The notes beneath the pieces are model-generated. The model ran no database searches. It worked only from the letters and a program-made list of their open reading frames with translations, and had not been told where the DNA came from. Made by a program: the position numbers and the translations under genes. From positions 60,170 to 124,169 of the forward strand of contig JBDRCO010000134.1 of NCBI GenBank assembly GCA_043821645.1: a stretch of 64,000 bases of DNA, given 5' to 3'. Below are positions 26,201-34,793 of this stretch, piece after piece (position 1 is the stretch's first letter; the number at the start of each line of letters is the position of its first letter). The stretch comes from Pseudomonadota bacterium. Lineage in GTDB: Bacteria > Myxococcota > JACRCW01 > JAFGSX01.

Positions 26201-27932
26201 TCGGGACCCGATCCTGCACCTTCTGCTCCAGCACATGCACGATGCAGCCGCCGCCCTTGCAGACATTCCCCGGATGACGACGCAGGTTGTAGGGGTCGTC
26301 GTGCAGATCATTCGGGTCGTCTGCGGGGTTCATGTCTCTGGCCGGTTGCCAGTTGCAGTCAATGGGCGAGAAGTGCGTGACCGAGAAGCGCCACAGGCTC
26401 TGCCCGGGCTCGAACTGTTCGGCGATGCGGGCGCGCTCGGCGTCGGTGATGCCCAGGCCGCTGAGCTCGCCGGCCGTGGCCGGGCTGCCGCTGCCCGTGA
26501 CGTCGAGCACGGCCAGGCCACTGGCCTCGGACAGGACGCCGATCACGCGGCCATTGCGCTCCGGCACCCACATCGCGCGTGCTCGATCGTAGCTGCCCAC
26601 CGGCACGCTGCCACCCACCGGGAAACCGAGGAAGTTGTCGACGTAGGCGATCACGGGCCTGTCGAACTCGACGCGCTGGGCGCCGGCTGCCATGGCTTCG
26701 TCCAGGCTCAGCTCGACGCAGTAGGTATAGGCGACGCCCGCGGGCAGATCGGCCGGCATGGCCTGCTGGCCGCCCAGGCCCACCGTGTACTCGGTGGCGC
26801 GCACTGAGATCGTCGACGGCAACGCCACGTGCGAGCCGTCAGGCATGATCATGTGGCCGCTGGTGCCGGACGCGAACAGCAGGCGCGCGCTGCGTGTCGC
26901 CGTGTCATCGGTCTGCACGCTGCTGGTCGCGACCTGAAAGGCCTGGCTCGAGGTCAGATCCACTGTCGTGACCACCGGATCGGACTCGATCAGGCGCACG
27001 TCGTCGACGCCCAGCTCGCCGTGCCAGGGCACGTCGATGGCTCGCTGCACCTCGAGCAGCCCGGCACCCTCGAACACGAGCGTGACCCGACCACCGCCGT
27101 TGACCACCAGGTCGTAACGGCCGTCGCTGCGGCTCAGGGTGAAGCCCAGCTGGTCGCTCTGGTGCGCGCTGACACGCACGCCGTGCCGGGGTGTGCCCGA
27201 GAGGTCGAGCACGCGGCCGCGCAGGATGGCCATGCGCTGCTCCTCGATGGCGCCGTCGGCCACGCCGAACTGCACCGGGTCGGCTCCCAGCCACAAGAAG
27301 CTGTTGTCACGGAAGATGCTGTAGGGCTGCAGCGGCGGCCGCGGCGGTGCGATCAGGGCCGGGTCCGGTGGCTCGGGTGTGGCCGTGCAGGCGCCGGCCG
27401 AGCACCAGCTGTCCAGGGGGCAGGCCACCGCGTCGCCCCAGCGCAGCGCGCCCTGCACCCAGCCGCACACCTGCTCGGCGTTGCCCTGGCAGCGGGTCTG
27501 GCCATCGAAGTCGCAGGTCTCGGCGACGATCGCGTCCCCGCCCGCGGCGTCGGGAACCAAGGCATCTGCCTGCGCGCCATCGGCAGCCGCGGCATCGGCC
27601 TGTGCCGCATCGGCGGGCGGTGACGCATCGTCGAAGGCGGCATCGGGTGTCAGCGCGGCATCCGCGGTCGCGTGATCCGGGTTGACGACGTCCGTCATGC
27701 TGCCATCGCTCGCGCTATCCGGGGCGGAGGCATCCGTACTGGAGCCATCCGGGCGGGCCGTGTCCGGGCTCGCCGTATCCGGAGTGGTGCTGTCCACCTG
27801 GGCGGCATCGGCACGCGCGGCATCGGCGGTGGGATGCCCCGCGTCGTCCGAGGGGGAGGGGCCGCCGCACTCGCAATGGGTGAGCAGGAACGCCAGGCAT
27901 AGAGGAGCAAGAGCTCGATGCGTACACAGCAT
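23208..27932 (-). CDS. N-terminal part of teneurin-like RHS/YD protein (lipoprotein-like signal, Asp-Ala linker, FN-plug, NHL propeller, YD shell)
   Basis: LRGRVLDLSGTP...GFTLSRSDGRYDLVVNGGGRVTLVFE and LGGWNLDVQHHFAPEGGILYEGHG match teneurin superfold motifs; NHL-like repeats; YD repeats; stops at GAG GGG TGA where one less G gives GAG GGT GAT, continuous with the downstream frame. Confidence 0.85.
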   Translation of the reverse strand: MLCTHRALAPLCLAFLLTHCECGGPSPSDDAGHPTADAARADAAQVDSTTPDTASPDTARPDGSSTDASAPDSASDGSMTDVVNPDHATADAALTPDAAFDDASPPADAAQADAAAADGAQADALVPDAAGGDAIVAETCDFDGQTRCQGNAEQVCGWVQGALRWGDAVACPLDSWCSAGACTATPEPPDPALIAPPRPPLQPYSIFRDNSFLWLGADPVQFGVADGAIEEQRMAILRGRVLDLSGTPRHGVRVSAHQSDQLGFTLSRSDGRYDLVVNGGGRVTLVFEGAGLLEVQRAIDVPWHGELGVDDVRLIESDPVVTTVDLTSSQAFQVATSSVQTDDTATRSARLLFASGTSGHMIMPDGSHVALPSTISVRATEYTVGLGGQQAMPADLPAGVAYTYCVELSLDEAMAAGAQRVEFDRPVIAYVDNFLGFPVGGSVPVGSYDRARAMWVPERNGRVIGVLSEASGLAVLDVTGSGSPATAGELSGLGITDAERARIAEQFEPGQSLWRFSVTHFSPIDCNWQPARDMNPADDPNDLHDDPYNLRRHPGNVCKGGGCIVHVLEQKVQDRVPIAGTPFALSYVTDRVPGRRTPLVVPVFPADLHPDLIEAEIDVDILGWTWHGLYAPQPGLVVEVPWDGHDAYGRAVSGQVTAVVTKTFWYSPSFAEPATDTEYSFSANSVVIREVVTPVGQGMVAKWKQPGLRTSFPVAIDGISDERPLGLGGWNLDVQHHFAPEGGILYEGHGTTRPVVPGGKQRVRHFTCGEWPNEYCGGFKSANVVVRPDGKVVAMVSKSFGIRGTRYVFVEIDANGEMQILGGEGDISYANFVQGMDAHTLNGGTQGAHLLAAPDGSVFYRILSDAYRLDPQGKVWRVFKQNMFGGHAVADGAVADGANINVAKWAITPGGTLIYKDGGNRKMFSIDKDGILHHFAGNGTSTFVAAATRSKGTGLTTGAWGMAVCPDGSIITGHDTGYRMLRLRPDGSIDTIAGGQGSGFTATPTPALSAQLLLSQAIACAPDGTIYFTQGNGGNGTGHAISRLKGGVVSVFSGNNGTGTSSEGTLARFVTFQSPDNVTTGPDGAVYNIGFGVVRRLQADPSAMKSVPGGPAIGSNEALAPSADGSRYHVFDEARGRHLRTVDAISGQTLLSFSYDSEGRLVHIDDMDGGRTDIERDGAGNATAFVAPGGQRTELALDPNGYLSQITLPGSRSYAFSYDDGGLVQQAIYPDGSVHGYAYDGRGALIAQTLPDGSSVSYTLVEDAAEKLLTISGPGPRQTEHRIEFLADEGRRYTRLDDGQLVLSVLTQGLEEQRSEADGSRVDLLLDADPLLGAHALFPRQLTVTTPGGRSMTLTTQRTAVVDPGTGALLSRSETYQSGTSTSTSEYVAATRTLTFTAADGRATQIVRGLDSRPESVDIDGLATLLFAREQSGQRQSSTWGDKVHARSYDLGGQLSSISGPGGRTRSLGRNEAGQVDQITDSPSGYSVGFAHDGLGRRTGVTLPGAASYQFGVTPMGRRASFDAPLGASETRQYQSGRLHTVTLPSGRVISYLRDASGNLTGLDSPETEQRLEG

Positions 27933-28223
27933 GCGGGACCTCTCTCGTTCTGGAATGGCACCGTGCGACGGGGACGGCCGAGCCAGACCGCGCGCCGTTT
28001 CATGAATCCTGGTCCATCTCCTTTGTCAGAGCCCGTGAAGCTCGCCAAGGACAAACACGCGGGTGCGTTGCAGGGTCCGCGAAGCGGCCTCCCTGGTACT
28101 CCAATCGCACAGCTCTAGGCTCGGCGATTTGCGCGCTTGACGACGAGGATGCGTTGACAAACCAGGTGCGGCTTGCCGTCATGCACGCACTGCTTTTTTC
28201 GCCAGGCGACACAGGAGCCGTGA

Positions 28224-28859
28224 ATGCCACGGATCTCGAAGGGCGGGTTCTCGTCGAGGGTGCTGGTGGCACTGGCCCTGTGTGCTGGGTGCGAGCCAGC
28301 AACGGTGGGTCAGGACGCCGCGAGCACCGATCGCGCGTCGGCGCTCGATGCCGGACTTGCAGATGCGCTGACGGTCGACGGCCAGGGCATGGATGCCAAC
28401 GCGAGCGATCACCTCAGCATCCAGGACAGCGCAAGAATCGATGGAGCCTCAAGCCAGGACGCCGTAGCTGGCGACACGGCGATGGCTGGCGATGGCAGTG
28501 CGCTGGATGCCGGGCATCCCGACGCCACCGCGGCCACGGATGCGTCGCTGGGCGTGGACCTGGGGCCCGCGAGCGATGCTGCGAGCGTCGACACGGCGCT
28601 CGAGCCCGACGCTGCGACAGCACTGGATGCCGCCACAACCATCGACGCCGCCACGGCGCAGGACGCAGGTCTTGCCGACACTGGTGGCGATGCCGGCAGC
28701 GGGGTCCACCTGAGCGGCGTGGGACCGGCCGCGAGCCAGGGGCTGGCCAGCTCGACACACTACCGGTTGCGGCTGGTGGTGGGAGGAGTGGGCGCCGGAC
28801 CTGCGATGGGAACCAACGTCAACGCGCGACTCAGCGTGGGCGTGCCTCTGGCGCGTTGA
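28224..28859 (+). CDS. Lipoprotein with Asp-Ala-rich linker and short C-terminal beta domain
   Basis: AGGAG upstream; lipobox CAGC; many DA/DAA/DAG units; C-terminus ASSTHYRLRLVVGG...RLSVGVP. Confidence 0.6.
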   Translation: MPRISKGGFSSRVLVALALCAGCEPATVGQDAASTDRASALDAGLADALTVDGQGMDANASDHLSIQDSARIDGASSQDAVAGDTAMAGDGSALDAGHPDATAATDASLGVDLGPASDAASVDTALEPDAATALDAATTIDAATAQDAGLADTGGDAGSGVHLSGVGPAASQGLASSTHYRLRLVVGGVGAGPAMGTNVNARLSVGVPLAR

Positions 28860-28899
28860 GCCGTCACCCTGCATTCGAACCGCGGACGAGGAAGCATCG

Positions 28900-29985
28900 A
28901 TGCGTACCCAGCAGCCAAGAAAACTCTTCCCGTGTGCGACGACCAACGGACTGGCACTGGCGATGGTCGCGCTGACCACGAGTCCTGCGGCGCTGGCGGC
29001 GGTGCCTGACCTGCTGCCGGTGCAGGGCGTGCTGTCCGACGACGCGGGCGTGCCGCTGGCCGGTCCGGTCGATCTGCTGTTTGCGATCTATGACTCGGAG
29101 AGCGGCAGCAGCGAGCTGTTCAGCGAGGCGCTGAGCCAGGTTCCGCTGGACGGCGGGGCCTTTGCGGTCTCGCTGGGCGCGACGCAGCCTCTGTACCTGG
29201 CGGCGCTGGCCGGCGCGGGCGAGCTGTGGCTCGAGGTGTCGGTGGGTGGCGAGGTGCTGTCGCGGGTGCAGCTGCAGAGCGTGCCCTACGCGGTGAGTTC
29301 CTACAGCTGCGAGTCGCTGGGCGGGCTGGGTGCGTCGGACCTGGCGCTGGCCAGCCACAGCCACGCCGAGTACTCGCTGACGACGCATCTGCACGACGCG
29401 CGGTACATCCGCGCGGGTCAGCGCGACAGCGTCGGCCTGGCCATGATGTACGACGGCTCCGTGGGCACGGACGAGCTGATCGATGAATCCGTGACCACCG
29501 CCAAGCTGGGACTGGGCGCTGTGACCTCGGCCACGCTAGGTCTGGGCGCGGTGACCTCCGCCAACATCGGGGTGGACGAGGTGCAGGGGGCCAACCTGGC
29601 CCCGCGCGCGGTGACCTCGGGCAAGATCGCTACCGACGCGGTCACCCGCAACCACATCCCGGACCACGAGCTACCGGCCAGCAAGCTCGAGGGTGGCGTG
29701 TTCAACCTCAAGACGAGCGTGCAGACGTATTCCGGATCCGTGCAGGTCGCACCCGGTCAGGTTCGCGAGGCCAAAGCCTCCTGCGCCGACGCCAATGACC
29801 TGCCCCTGTTCGGAGAATGTGTCACTGGAAGTGCTGAAAAAGTCGACCTCGTGAAGTTCAACTTCCTGGATGTGTCCAACGAGACAGCTGCGGCCTCGTA
29901 CAACTGCGCGTTCCGCAGCTACGACACGGTTGCCACCATCTCGGTCGCGGCTCGCATCTACTGCCTGCCCGTGGACGGGCCGTGA
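28900..29985 (+). CDS. Exported trimeric fibre/adhesin-like protein (QGxL...VPYA N-terminal domain, 10-aa repeats)
   Basis: Signal peptide ending ALA-A; VQGVLSDDAGVPL...FAIYD...GAFAVSLG...LWLEVSV...LQSVPYA; AVTSAxL/I decamer repeats; Cys-containing C-terminal head. Confidence 0.65.
   Translation: MRTQQPRKLFPCATTNGLALAMVALTTSPAALAAVPDLLPVQGVLSDDAGVPLAGPVDLLFAIYDSESGSSELFSEALSQVPLDGGAFAVSLGATQPLYLAALAGAGELWLEVSVGGEVLSRVQLQSVPYAVSSYSCESLGGLGASDLALASHSHAEYSLTTHLHDARYIRAGQRDSVGLAMMYDGSVGTDELIDESVTTAKLGLGAVTSATLGLGAVTSANIGVDEVQGANLAPRAVTSGKIATDAVTRNHIPDHELPASKLEGGVFNLKTSVQTYSGSVQVAPGQVREAKASCADANDLPLFGECVTGSAEKVDLVKFNFLDVSNETAAASYNCAFRSYDTVATISVAARIYCLPVDGP
29461..29660 (+). repeat. Degenerate 30-bp (10-aa) coding tandem repeat
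   Basis: gtgaccaccgccaagctgggactgggcgct / gtgacctcggccacgctaggtctgggcgcg / gtgacctccgccaacatcggggtggacgag, encoding VTTAKLGLGA, VTSATLGLGA, VTSANIGVDE etc. Confidence 0.7.
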
Positions 29986-30074
29986 GGCGGCTGCCGATGG
30001 CATTGCTCCAGGTTGGCCTCTGACGACCAGGCCCCCACCGGGCAGACATTCCCTTCGCAAGGTTGCTCCGAGCT

Positions 30075-30103
30075 AAAAAAAAGCCGGCCTCGAAAGACCG
30101 GCT
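30075..30103 (-). terminator. Rho-independent terminator of tRNA-Cys
   Basis: Minus strand AGCCGGTCT-TTCG-AGGCCGGCT followed by a T run, 14 nt after the tRNA. Confidence 0.88.
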
Positions 30104-30117
30104 ACAGGAATCTGACA

Positions 30118-30189
30118 AGGCGCCGACCGGATTCGAACCGGTGCATAATGGTTTTGCAGACCACTCCCTTACCACTTGGGTACGGCGCC
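30118..30189 (-). tRNA. tRNA-Cys (GCA), CCA not encoded
   Basis: GGCGCCGTACCCAAGTGGTAAGGGAGTGGTCTGCAAAACCATTATGCACCGGTTCGAATCCGGTCGGCGCCT: acceptor stem GGCGCCG/CGGCGCC, anticodon loop CTGCAAA, TTCGAAT T-loop, U discriminator. Confidence 0.97.
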
Positions 30190-30200
30190 AGAGCCTGCAA

Positions 30201-30230
30201 CTTGTAGCGCACCTGCGGCAACACTGGCAA
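30201..30230 (-). promoter_or_regulatory. Possible sigma70 promoter of tRNA-Cys
   Basis: TTGCCA-N18-TACAAG ending 11 nt before the tRNA 5' end. Confidence 0.4.
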
Positions 30231-30249
30231 GAGCTTCAGCGAGGGCTTT

Positions 30250-33200
30250 TTACTTGGTGTTGAAGCCCGGGGTGTCGTGATCAACGCGGGTCGTTCCCTC
30301 GTCGCCAAAGTCCTCGGCGCGCGCGGTCGGCGGTCCGAAGGGCGAACTGGCCCCGGGAACGGGCGCCGGAGCGGTGGGGCGCTGGGCAAGGGGCACGGTG
30401 GGCGCGGTCTCGGTCCGGTGCGCAGCAGCCGGGCTGGTCGGCTTGATGCCCGGGACCGGAAGCCCATGCTGCGTCAGCACGTGCGCCATCTCGGTGAGGC
30501 GGGCACGGGCCTTCTCCAGCTTGGCCGTGGCGTCGGCCCGGAGCTGATCGCGCTCGGCCTTGAGCCGATCGACAGCCTCGCGCAGGGTCTGTGCCTCGCC
30601 GGCCTGGGTCGGTCCTTGCGCCACCTGGGCCTCGAGTTCGCGCACCCGGGCCTCGAGGGCACTGACCTTCTTCAGGGCGGTCTTCTTGACCTGGTCGCGC
30701 TCGGTCTGGGTGAGTTCCAGCTTGCTCTGGACGTCGCGCTGGGCCTGCTCGGCGCGCTTGATCTCATCGCGCAGCCCCTGCTCGCTGGCCTGGGCCTGAC
30801 CGCGCAGCTGATCGCGCACCTGGGTGCTCTGTTGGCGGGCCTGGGCGAGCTCGGCCTCGAGCTGTTGACCCTTGGTCTCGGCGGCCTGGGCACGCTGCTT
30901 GAGCTGCTGGGCCATGCGCTTGAGTTCTTCGAGCTGACCCGCCTGCTGGGTCGCGAGCTCTCGAGACTGGGTCCCGGAGGAGGCCTGAGCCCGCGCATCT
31001 TCCAGGTCCACCTCGAGGCGATCGACCTGGCCCTGCAGCTCGGCCACGGAGGCGTTGAGTTCCGCCCGCTCGCGCTGCAGGTTTGCCCGCTGCTCCTCGG
31101 CTTCCTCGGCGCGGCGCAGGGTCTCGCTCAAGCTGGTTTCGGCTCGGGTCATCTCGTCACTGGAGCGGTTCACCGCCTCGCGCTCGACGCGAAGGGCGAG
31201 TTCCGTGGACTCGATGCGGGAGGCCGCTTCGCTGAGCTTCTGCTCCAGATCACCGACGCGGACCTTGAGGTCGTCGCGTTCCTGGGACAGGGCACCGAGC
31301 TTGGTGCGGGATTCCTGGGCCAGAGCCTGCCACTTCTGCAGCTCGCCGCTGATCTGGGTGTGCTGCTGGGTCGCGCTCTCGCGCGTGGACTGCAGCTCGC
31401 TCTCGACCTGCGCCAGACGCTGGCTCTGCTCGGCGAGTTCCTGGCCCCGGACCTGACCCTCCTGCTGCAGCTCGGCAATGCGCTTCTCGCGCTGCTCCAG
31501 CCAGCGGTCGCGTTCGGCAACCGCCGCTCGAGCCTCCTCGATACTCTCCCCGGTCTCGACGAGCTTTTGCTCTGCCTCGCGCAGTCGCTGCTCGAGATCC
31601 TGCACCCGGGTCTCGGCACGCTTCTGGGTTTGCTGCAGTGCCGCGACCTGGCCGTCTCGCTCGCCGATGAGCTTCTCGGCGTCGTCACGCATGTTCAGGG
31701 CCTGGTTGAGCTTGCCCTCGAGATCCTTGAGGACCTGGCGCCGATCTTCGAGCTTCTCGTCACGCTCGTCGAGCAGTTCTTGCAAGGACAGGCGCTCGCT
31801 CCGCAGCGTCTCGATGCCCTGATCTCGCTCGGTGACGGCGGCCTCGAGGACCGCGACCCGCGCCTCGCGATCCGATAGTCTCTCCTGCGCCTCGCGCAGT
31901 TCGGTCTCCAGCACACTCCGCCGGGCGTCGAGTTCGGTCCTGGCCTGCTCGGTGCCGTGGAGCTTGTCGCGCAGCACGGCTTCACGCTGGGCCGCCTCGC
32001 TCTGCTGGCTCTCCAGCTCCCGCCGCTGCTCGTCGGCTTCGGCCAGCTGCGCATCCTGGTCCTGGATGCGCTCGCGGGCGTGCTCGAGCTGCCCGTCGAG
32101 GTGTCCCACGCGCTCACCGAGCCTGCCGATCTCGCTGCGGGCTCCCTCCAGCTGGGTGGTGAGCGACTCGCTCTGCTTGCGATTCTCGTCGAGAGCCGCG
32201 CTGGTCCGGGACAGTTCCGTCGAGGTACTGGTGAGGTCCTCGCGGGTTTCCTGTAGCAATTGTTTGCTGCTGGCCAGCTCACCGTCGAGGTGCACGATGC
32301 GCTCGTCGCGGTCGGCCAGATCGCGGGTACGCGCCGAGAGCTGCTGATCGAGGTCGCCGATGGTGCGTTCCCGGGCGTCCAGAGTGGCCTGGGTCTCGCC
32401 CAGGGCGGCCTCGCGCTGCCCCAGAGACTCCTCGAGGTAGGACACCTGGCTGTCGCGAGCGGCCAGGGTGGCCTCGAGATCGGCGATGCTACTGGCGCGT
32501 CGCTCCAGCTCCTCCTCGTGTTCGCGCAGGCGACGCTCGCGGTCCTCCAGGTTCTCGCGCAGCCGCTCGAGATCCGCCTCGTGGGCACGGACCGTCGCGG
32601 TCAGCTGCTCGACCTCCTCGCGCAGGGTGGCGACCTGGGTGGTGCGGTCGGCCAGGCCCCCCTCGAGCTCGGCGATGTGCTGGCCCCGCTCCTTGAGTTC
32701 TCCCTCGAGCTGGGCGTTCTCGATGTCCAGCTCGGTGATCTGCTCGTCCCGCTCGGCCAGGGTGTTGGAGAGCGAACGAATGTTCTCCTCGTGCTCGGCC
32801 AGGCTCTGGTCGCGGCTGCGGACCTCCTCGCTCCGTCTGGCCTCGAGGGTCTGCAAGGCCTGCTGCGACTCCTCAAGGTGAGCGCCAAGCTCCTCGCTGC
32901 GGAATTCTTGTTCGGCGAGGCGCGACGCCAGGTCGTTGTTGCCCTCGGTGAGGCGTGCGATCTCGGCGCGCAGTTCCTGCTCCATTGCCAGGGCGCGCTG
33001 GGTGGTGGCGAGGGCGCGCACCTGGGCGTGGTGCAGGTCGTCTTCGAGCAGCATCACCAGCTGCTCGGCGGCCAGGACCTGGCGATCGTGCTCGACCTGC
33101 AGTTCGGCGTGGCGCGCCTGGGCCTGCATGAGGTGAACGGCGAGCGACAGGATCTCGCGATCGCGCTCGCGCAGCATGGCGACGTCGTCACGGGTGTCGA

Positions 33201-34590
33201 TCCGAACCTTGCGGCCCAGGGCCTCGAGGCTGACCTGGAACCAGCGCAGTTGCTCCTCGAGAGCGGATTCTCGCTCCAGGGCGTCCTGCGCCACGAGGTC
33301 CGCACGTGCTCGCTCGCTCGACAGGTGGTGCTGCAGGTCCTCGATCTGCCCGCGCTGTGCCTGGAGCACGGGCAGGACAGCCTGGCGCTCGTCGACGACG
33401 AGGGTGCGGAGGTCGGCAATCTCCGCGTCCATGTGATCGAGGCGCCGCTCCCGGGCAACGATCCGCTCCTCGTGCTCACGCAGATCGCCACGCACCGTGG
33501 AGATCTCCGCACCCATCTCCTCGCGCACCGTCGCGAGCATGGCGCGCGTGTGCTCCAGCTCCGCCTGCAGGGTGCGGTAGCTGGCCTCCCAGTCGAAGAT
33601 CCGGCCCACCAGCTCGTTCTTCTGGGCTTCGGCCTTTCCCAGCAGCTCCCGGCGCTCGGTCTTGAGCTGGTGGATCTCCTTTTCCTTGCTGGCGACGACC
33701 TCGATCAGATCCTTCTCGAGGATGACCCGCTCCTCGACCAGGCCATCGATCGAGGCACCAAGTTCGCGCTCCTTCTCGGCCAGGGCTTGCTTGGTCTCGT
33801 CCAGCTCCCGCGAGAGCTCGCGAATTCGAAGCAGGTAGCCCTCGACCTCGATGTCCTTGGCCTGGATGCGTGCCTCGACGGCCGCGATCTCCTGCTCCTT
33901 GACCTTCCACAGCTGAGACAGGCGCACCAGGTCGCGTTCGCGCTCCTTGAGCTTGCGGCGCAGGAACAGCATCTTCTCGTCGGGGCCTGAGAAACTGCCC
34001 GAGGATAGGGGCGTCAAGGCCGGGGGACCCGCCTCGCCGCTGCTCTCTCCGCCTTGCAGCGACGAGAAAACATCGTCGATGAACTGCATATCGTCGGCAT
34101 TGAGCACGCCGCCCCGCGATGGAACGGCCGGGGTCGGAAGCGAGCTCAGGGTCGGCCCCGCGTACGCAGGATCCGGGCTCTCGTGGATCTCGGGTTCGTC
34201 GGAAGCTTGCTGTGCCGCCTCGTCGAACAGGCGAGCCACGGACTGCACCAGATCGTCGCGGGACAGCGGCAGAAACAGGTAGGCGTTCGCGGCCTGAGCT
34301 CCGGCGCGGTGCTTGTCGATGGCGTCCGGGGTGGCATCGCTGGTGGTGAGCAGGATGGGTAGATGCTTGCCCGAGGCCTGGCGCCGGAGTCGAGACACGA
34401 CGGCGAAGCCGCTCTGACCCTCGCGCTCGTGGCGCAAGATCAGGAGTTCAGGACGCTGCTTCTCCACCTCTGCCAGAACGTCGTTGGAGCTGGCGAGTTG
34501 AACGGCATACTGCTCATCCTGAAGAATGGCAGCCTGTTGCATCGCCAGCTCAACGTCGGGCTCAGCGATGAGGATGCGTCGTTGTGTCAT
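30250..34590 (-). CDS. aglZ: Adventurous gliding motility protein AglZ-like (pseudo-receiver plus long coiled coil)
   Basis: N-terminal receiver-like domain RRILIAE...RPELLILRHE...QSGF...AANAYL, with Arg where the phospho-Asp would be; EKDLIEVVASKEK segment that I recall from Myxococcus AglZ; more than 1100 aa of heptads. Confidence 0.78.
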   Translation of the reverse strand: MTQRRILIAEPDVELAMQQAAILQDEQYAVQLASSNDVLAEVEKQRPELLILRHEREGQSGFAVVSRLRRQASGKHLPILLTTSDATPDAIDKHRAGAQAANAYLFLPLSRDDLVQSVARLFDEAAQQASDEPEIHESPDPAYAGPTLSSLPTPAVPSRGGVLNADDMQFIDDVFSSLQGGESSGEAGPPALTPLSSGSFSGPDEKMLFLRRKLKERERDLVRLSQLWKVKEQEIAAVEARIQAKDIEVEGYLLRIRELSRELDETKQALAEKERELGASIDGLVEERVILEKDLIEVVASKEKEIHQLKTERRELLGKAEAQKNELVGRIFDWEASYRTLQAELEHTRAMLATVREEMGAEISTVRGDLREHEERIVARERRLDHMDAEIADLRTLVVDERQAVLPVLQAQRGQIEDLQHHLSSERARADLVAQDALERESALEEQLRWFQVSLEALGRKVRIDTRDDVAMLRERDREILSLAVHLMQAQARHAELQVEHDRQVLAAEQLVMLLEDDLHHAQVRALATTQRALAMEQELRAEIARLTEGNNDLASRLAEQEFRSEELGAHLEESQQALQTLEARRSEEVRSRDQSLAEHEENIRSLSNTLAERDEQITELDIENAQLEGELKERGQHIAELEGGLADRTTQVATLREEVEQLTATVRAHEADLERLRENLEDRERRLREHEEELERRASSIADLEATLAARDSQVSYLEESLGQREAALGETQATLDARERTIGDLDQQLSARTRDLADRDERIVHLDGELASSKQLLQETREDLTSTSTELSRTSAALDENRKQSESLTTQLEGARSEIGRLGERVGHLDGQLEHARERIQDQDAQLAEADEQRRELESQQSEAAQREAVLRDKLHGTEQARTELDARRSVLETELREAQERLSDREARVAVLEAAVTERDQGIETLRSERLSLQELLDERDEKLEDRRQVLKDLEGKLNQALNMRDDAEKLIGERDGQVAALQQTQKRAETRVQDLEQRLREAEQKLVETGESIEEARAAVAERDRWLEQREKRIAELQQEGQVRGQELAEQSQRLAQVESELQSTRESATQQHTQISGELQKWQALAQESRTKLGALSQERDDLKVRVGDLEQKLSEAASRIESTELALRVEREAVNRSSDEMTRAETSLSETLRRAEEAEEQRANLQRERAELNASVAELQGQVDRLEVDLEDARAQASSGTQSRELATQQAGQLEELKRMAQQLKQRAQAAETKGQQLEAELAQARQQSTQVRDQLRGQAQASEQGLRDEIKRAEQAQRDVQSKLELTQTERDQVKKTALKKVSALEARVRELEAQVAQGPTQAGEAQTLREAVDRLKAERDQLRADATAKLEKARARLTEMAHVLTQHGLPVPGIKPTSPAAAHRTETAPTVPLAQRPTAPAPVPGASSPFGPPTARAEDFGDEGTTRVDHDTPGFNTK

Positions 34591-34793
34591 CGTCGCCTAC
34601 TGCTCCGTCCGGATCGCCTGCACCATATCATGTGCCTGCGGGCCCGCCCAAGCACCAACCTTCTCGACGGAAGGCAACAGGGGCGCTGAAATGGATCGGA
34701 TCGGACCGCGCATCGTAAATTGCACCGCGGTGAGGCCTTTGGTAGCGTGCGCCGAGAGGCAGCGGCCGTCACAGAAGACCGCTCGATCCCAGC

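Noticed and set aside
28900-30189. Prophage or island integrated at tRNA-Cys (fibre-like gene beside the tRNA 3' end)
   Set aside because: No integrase, capsid or tail genes, I saw no duplicated tRNA 3' end, and the fibre gene has a Sec signal peptide.
30250-34590. SMC/chromosome segregation protein or Wadjet/Lamassu defence component
   Set aside because: No Walker A/B or hinge; the N-terminal pseudo-receiver indicates the AglZ type.
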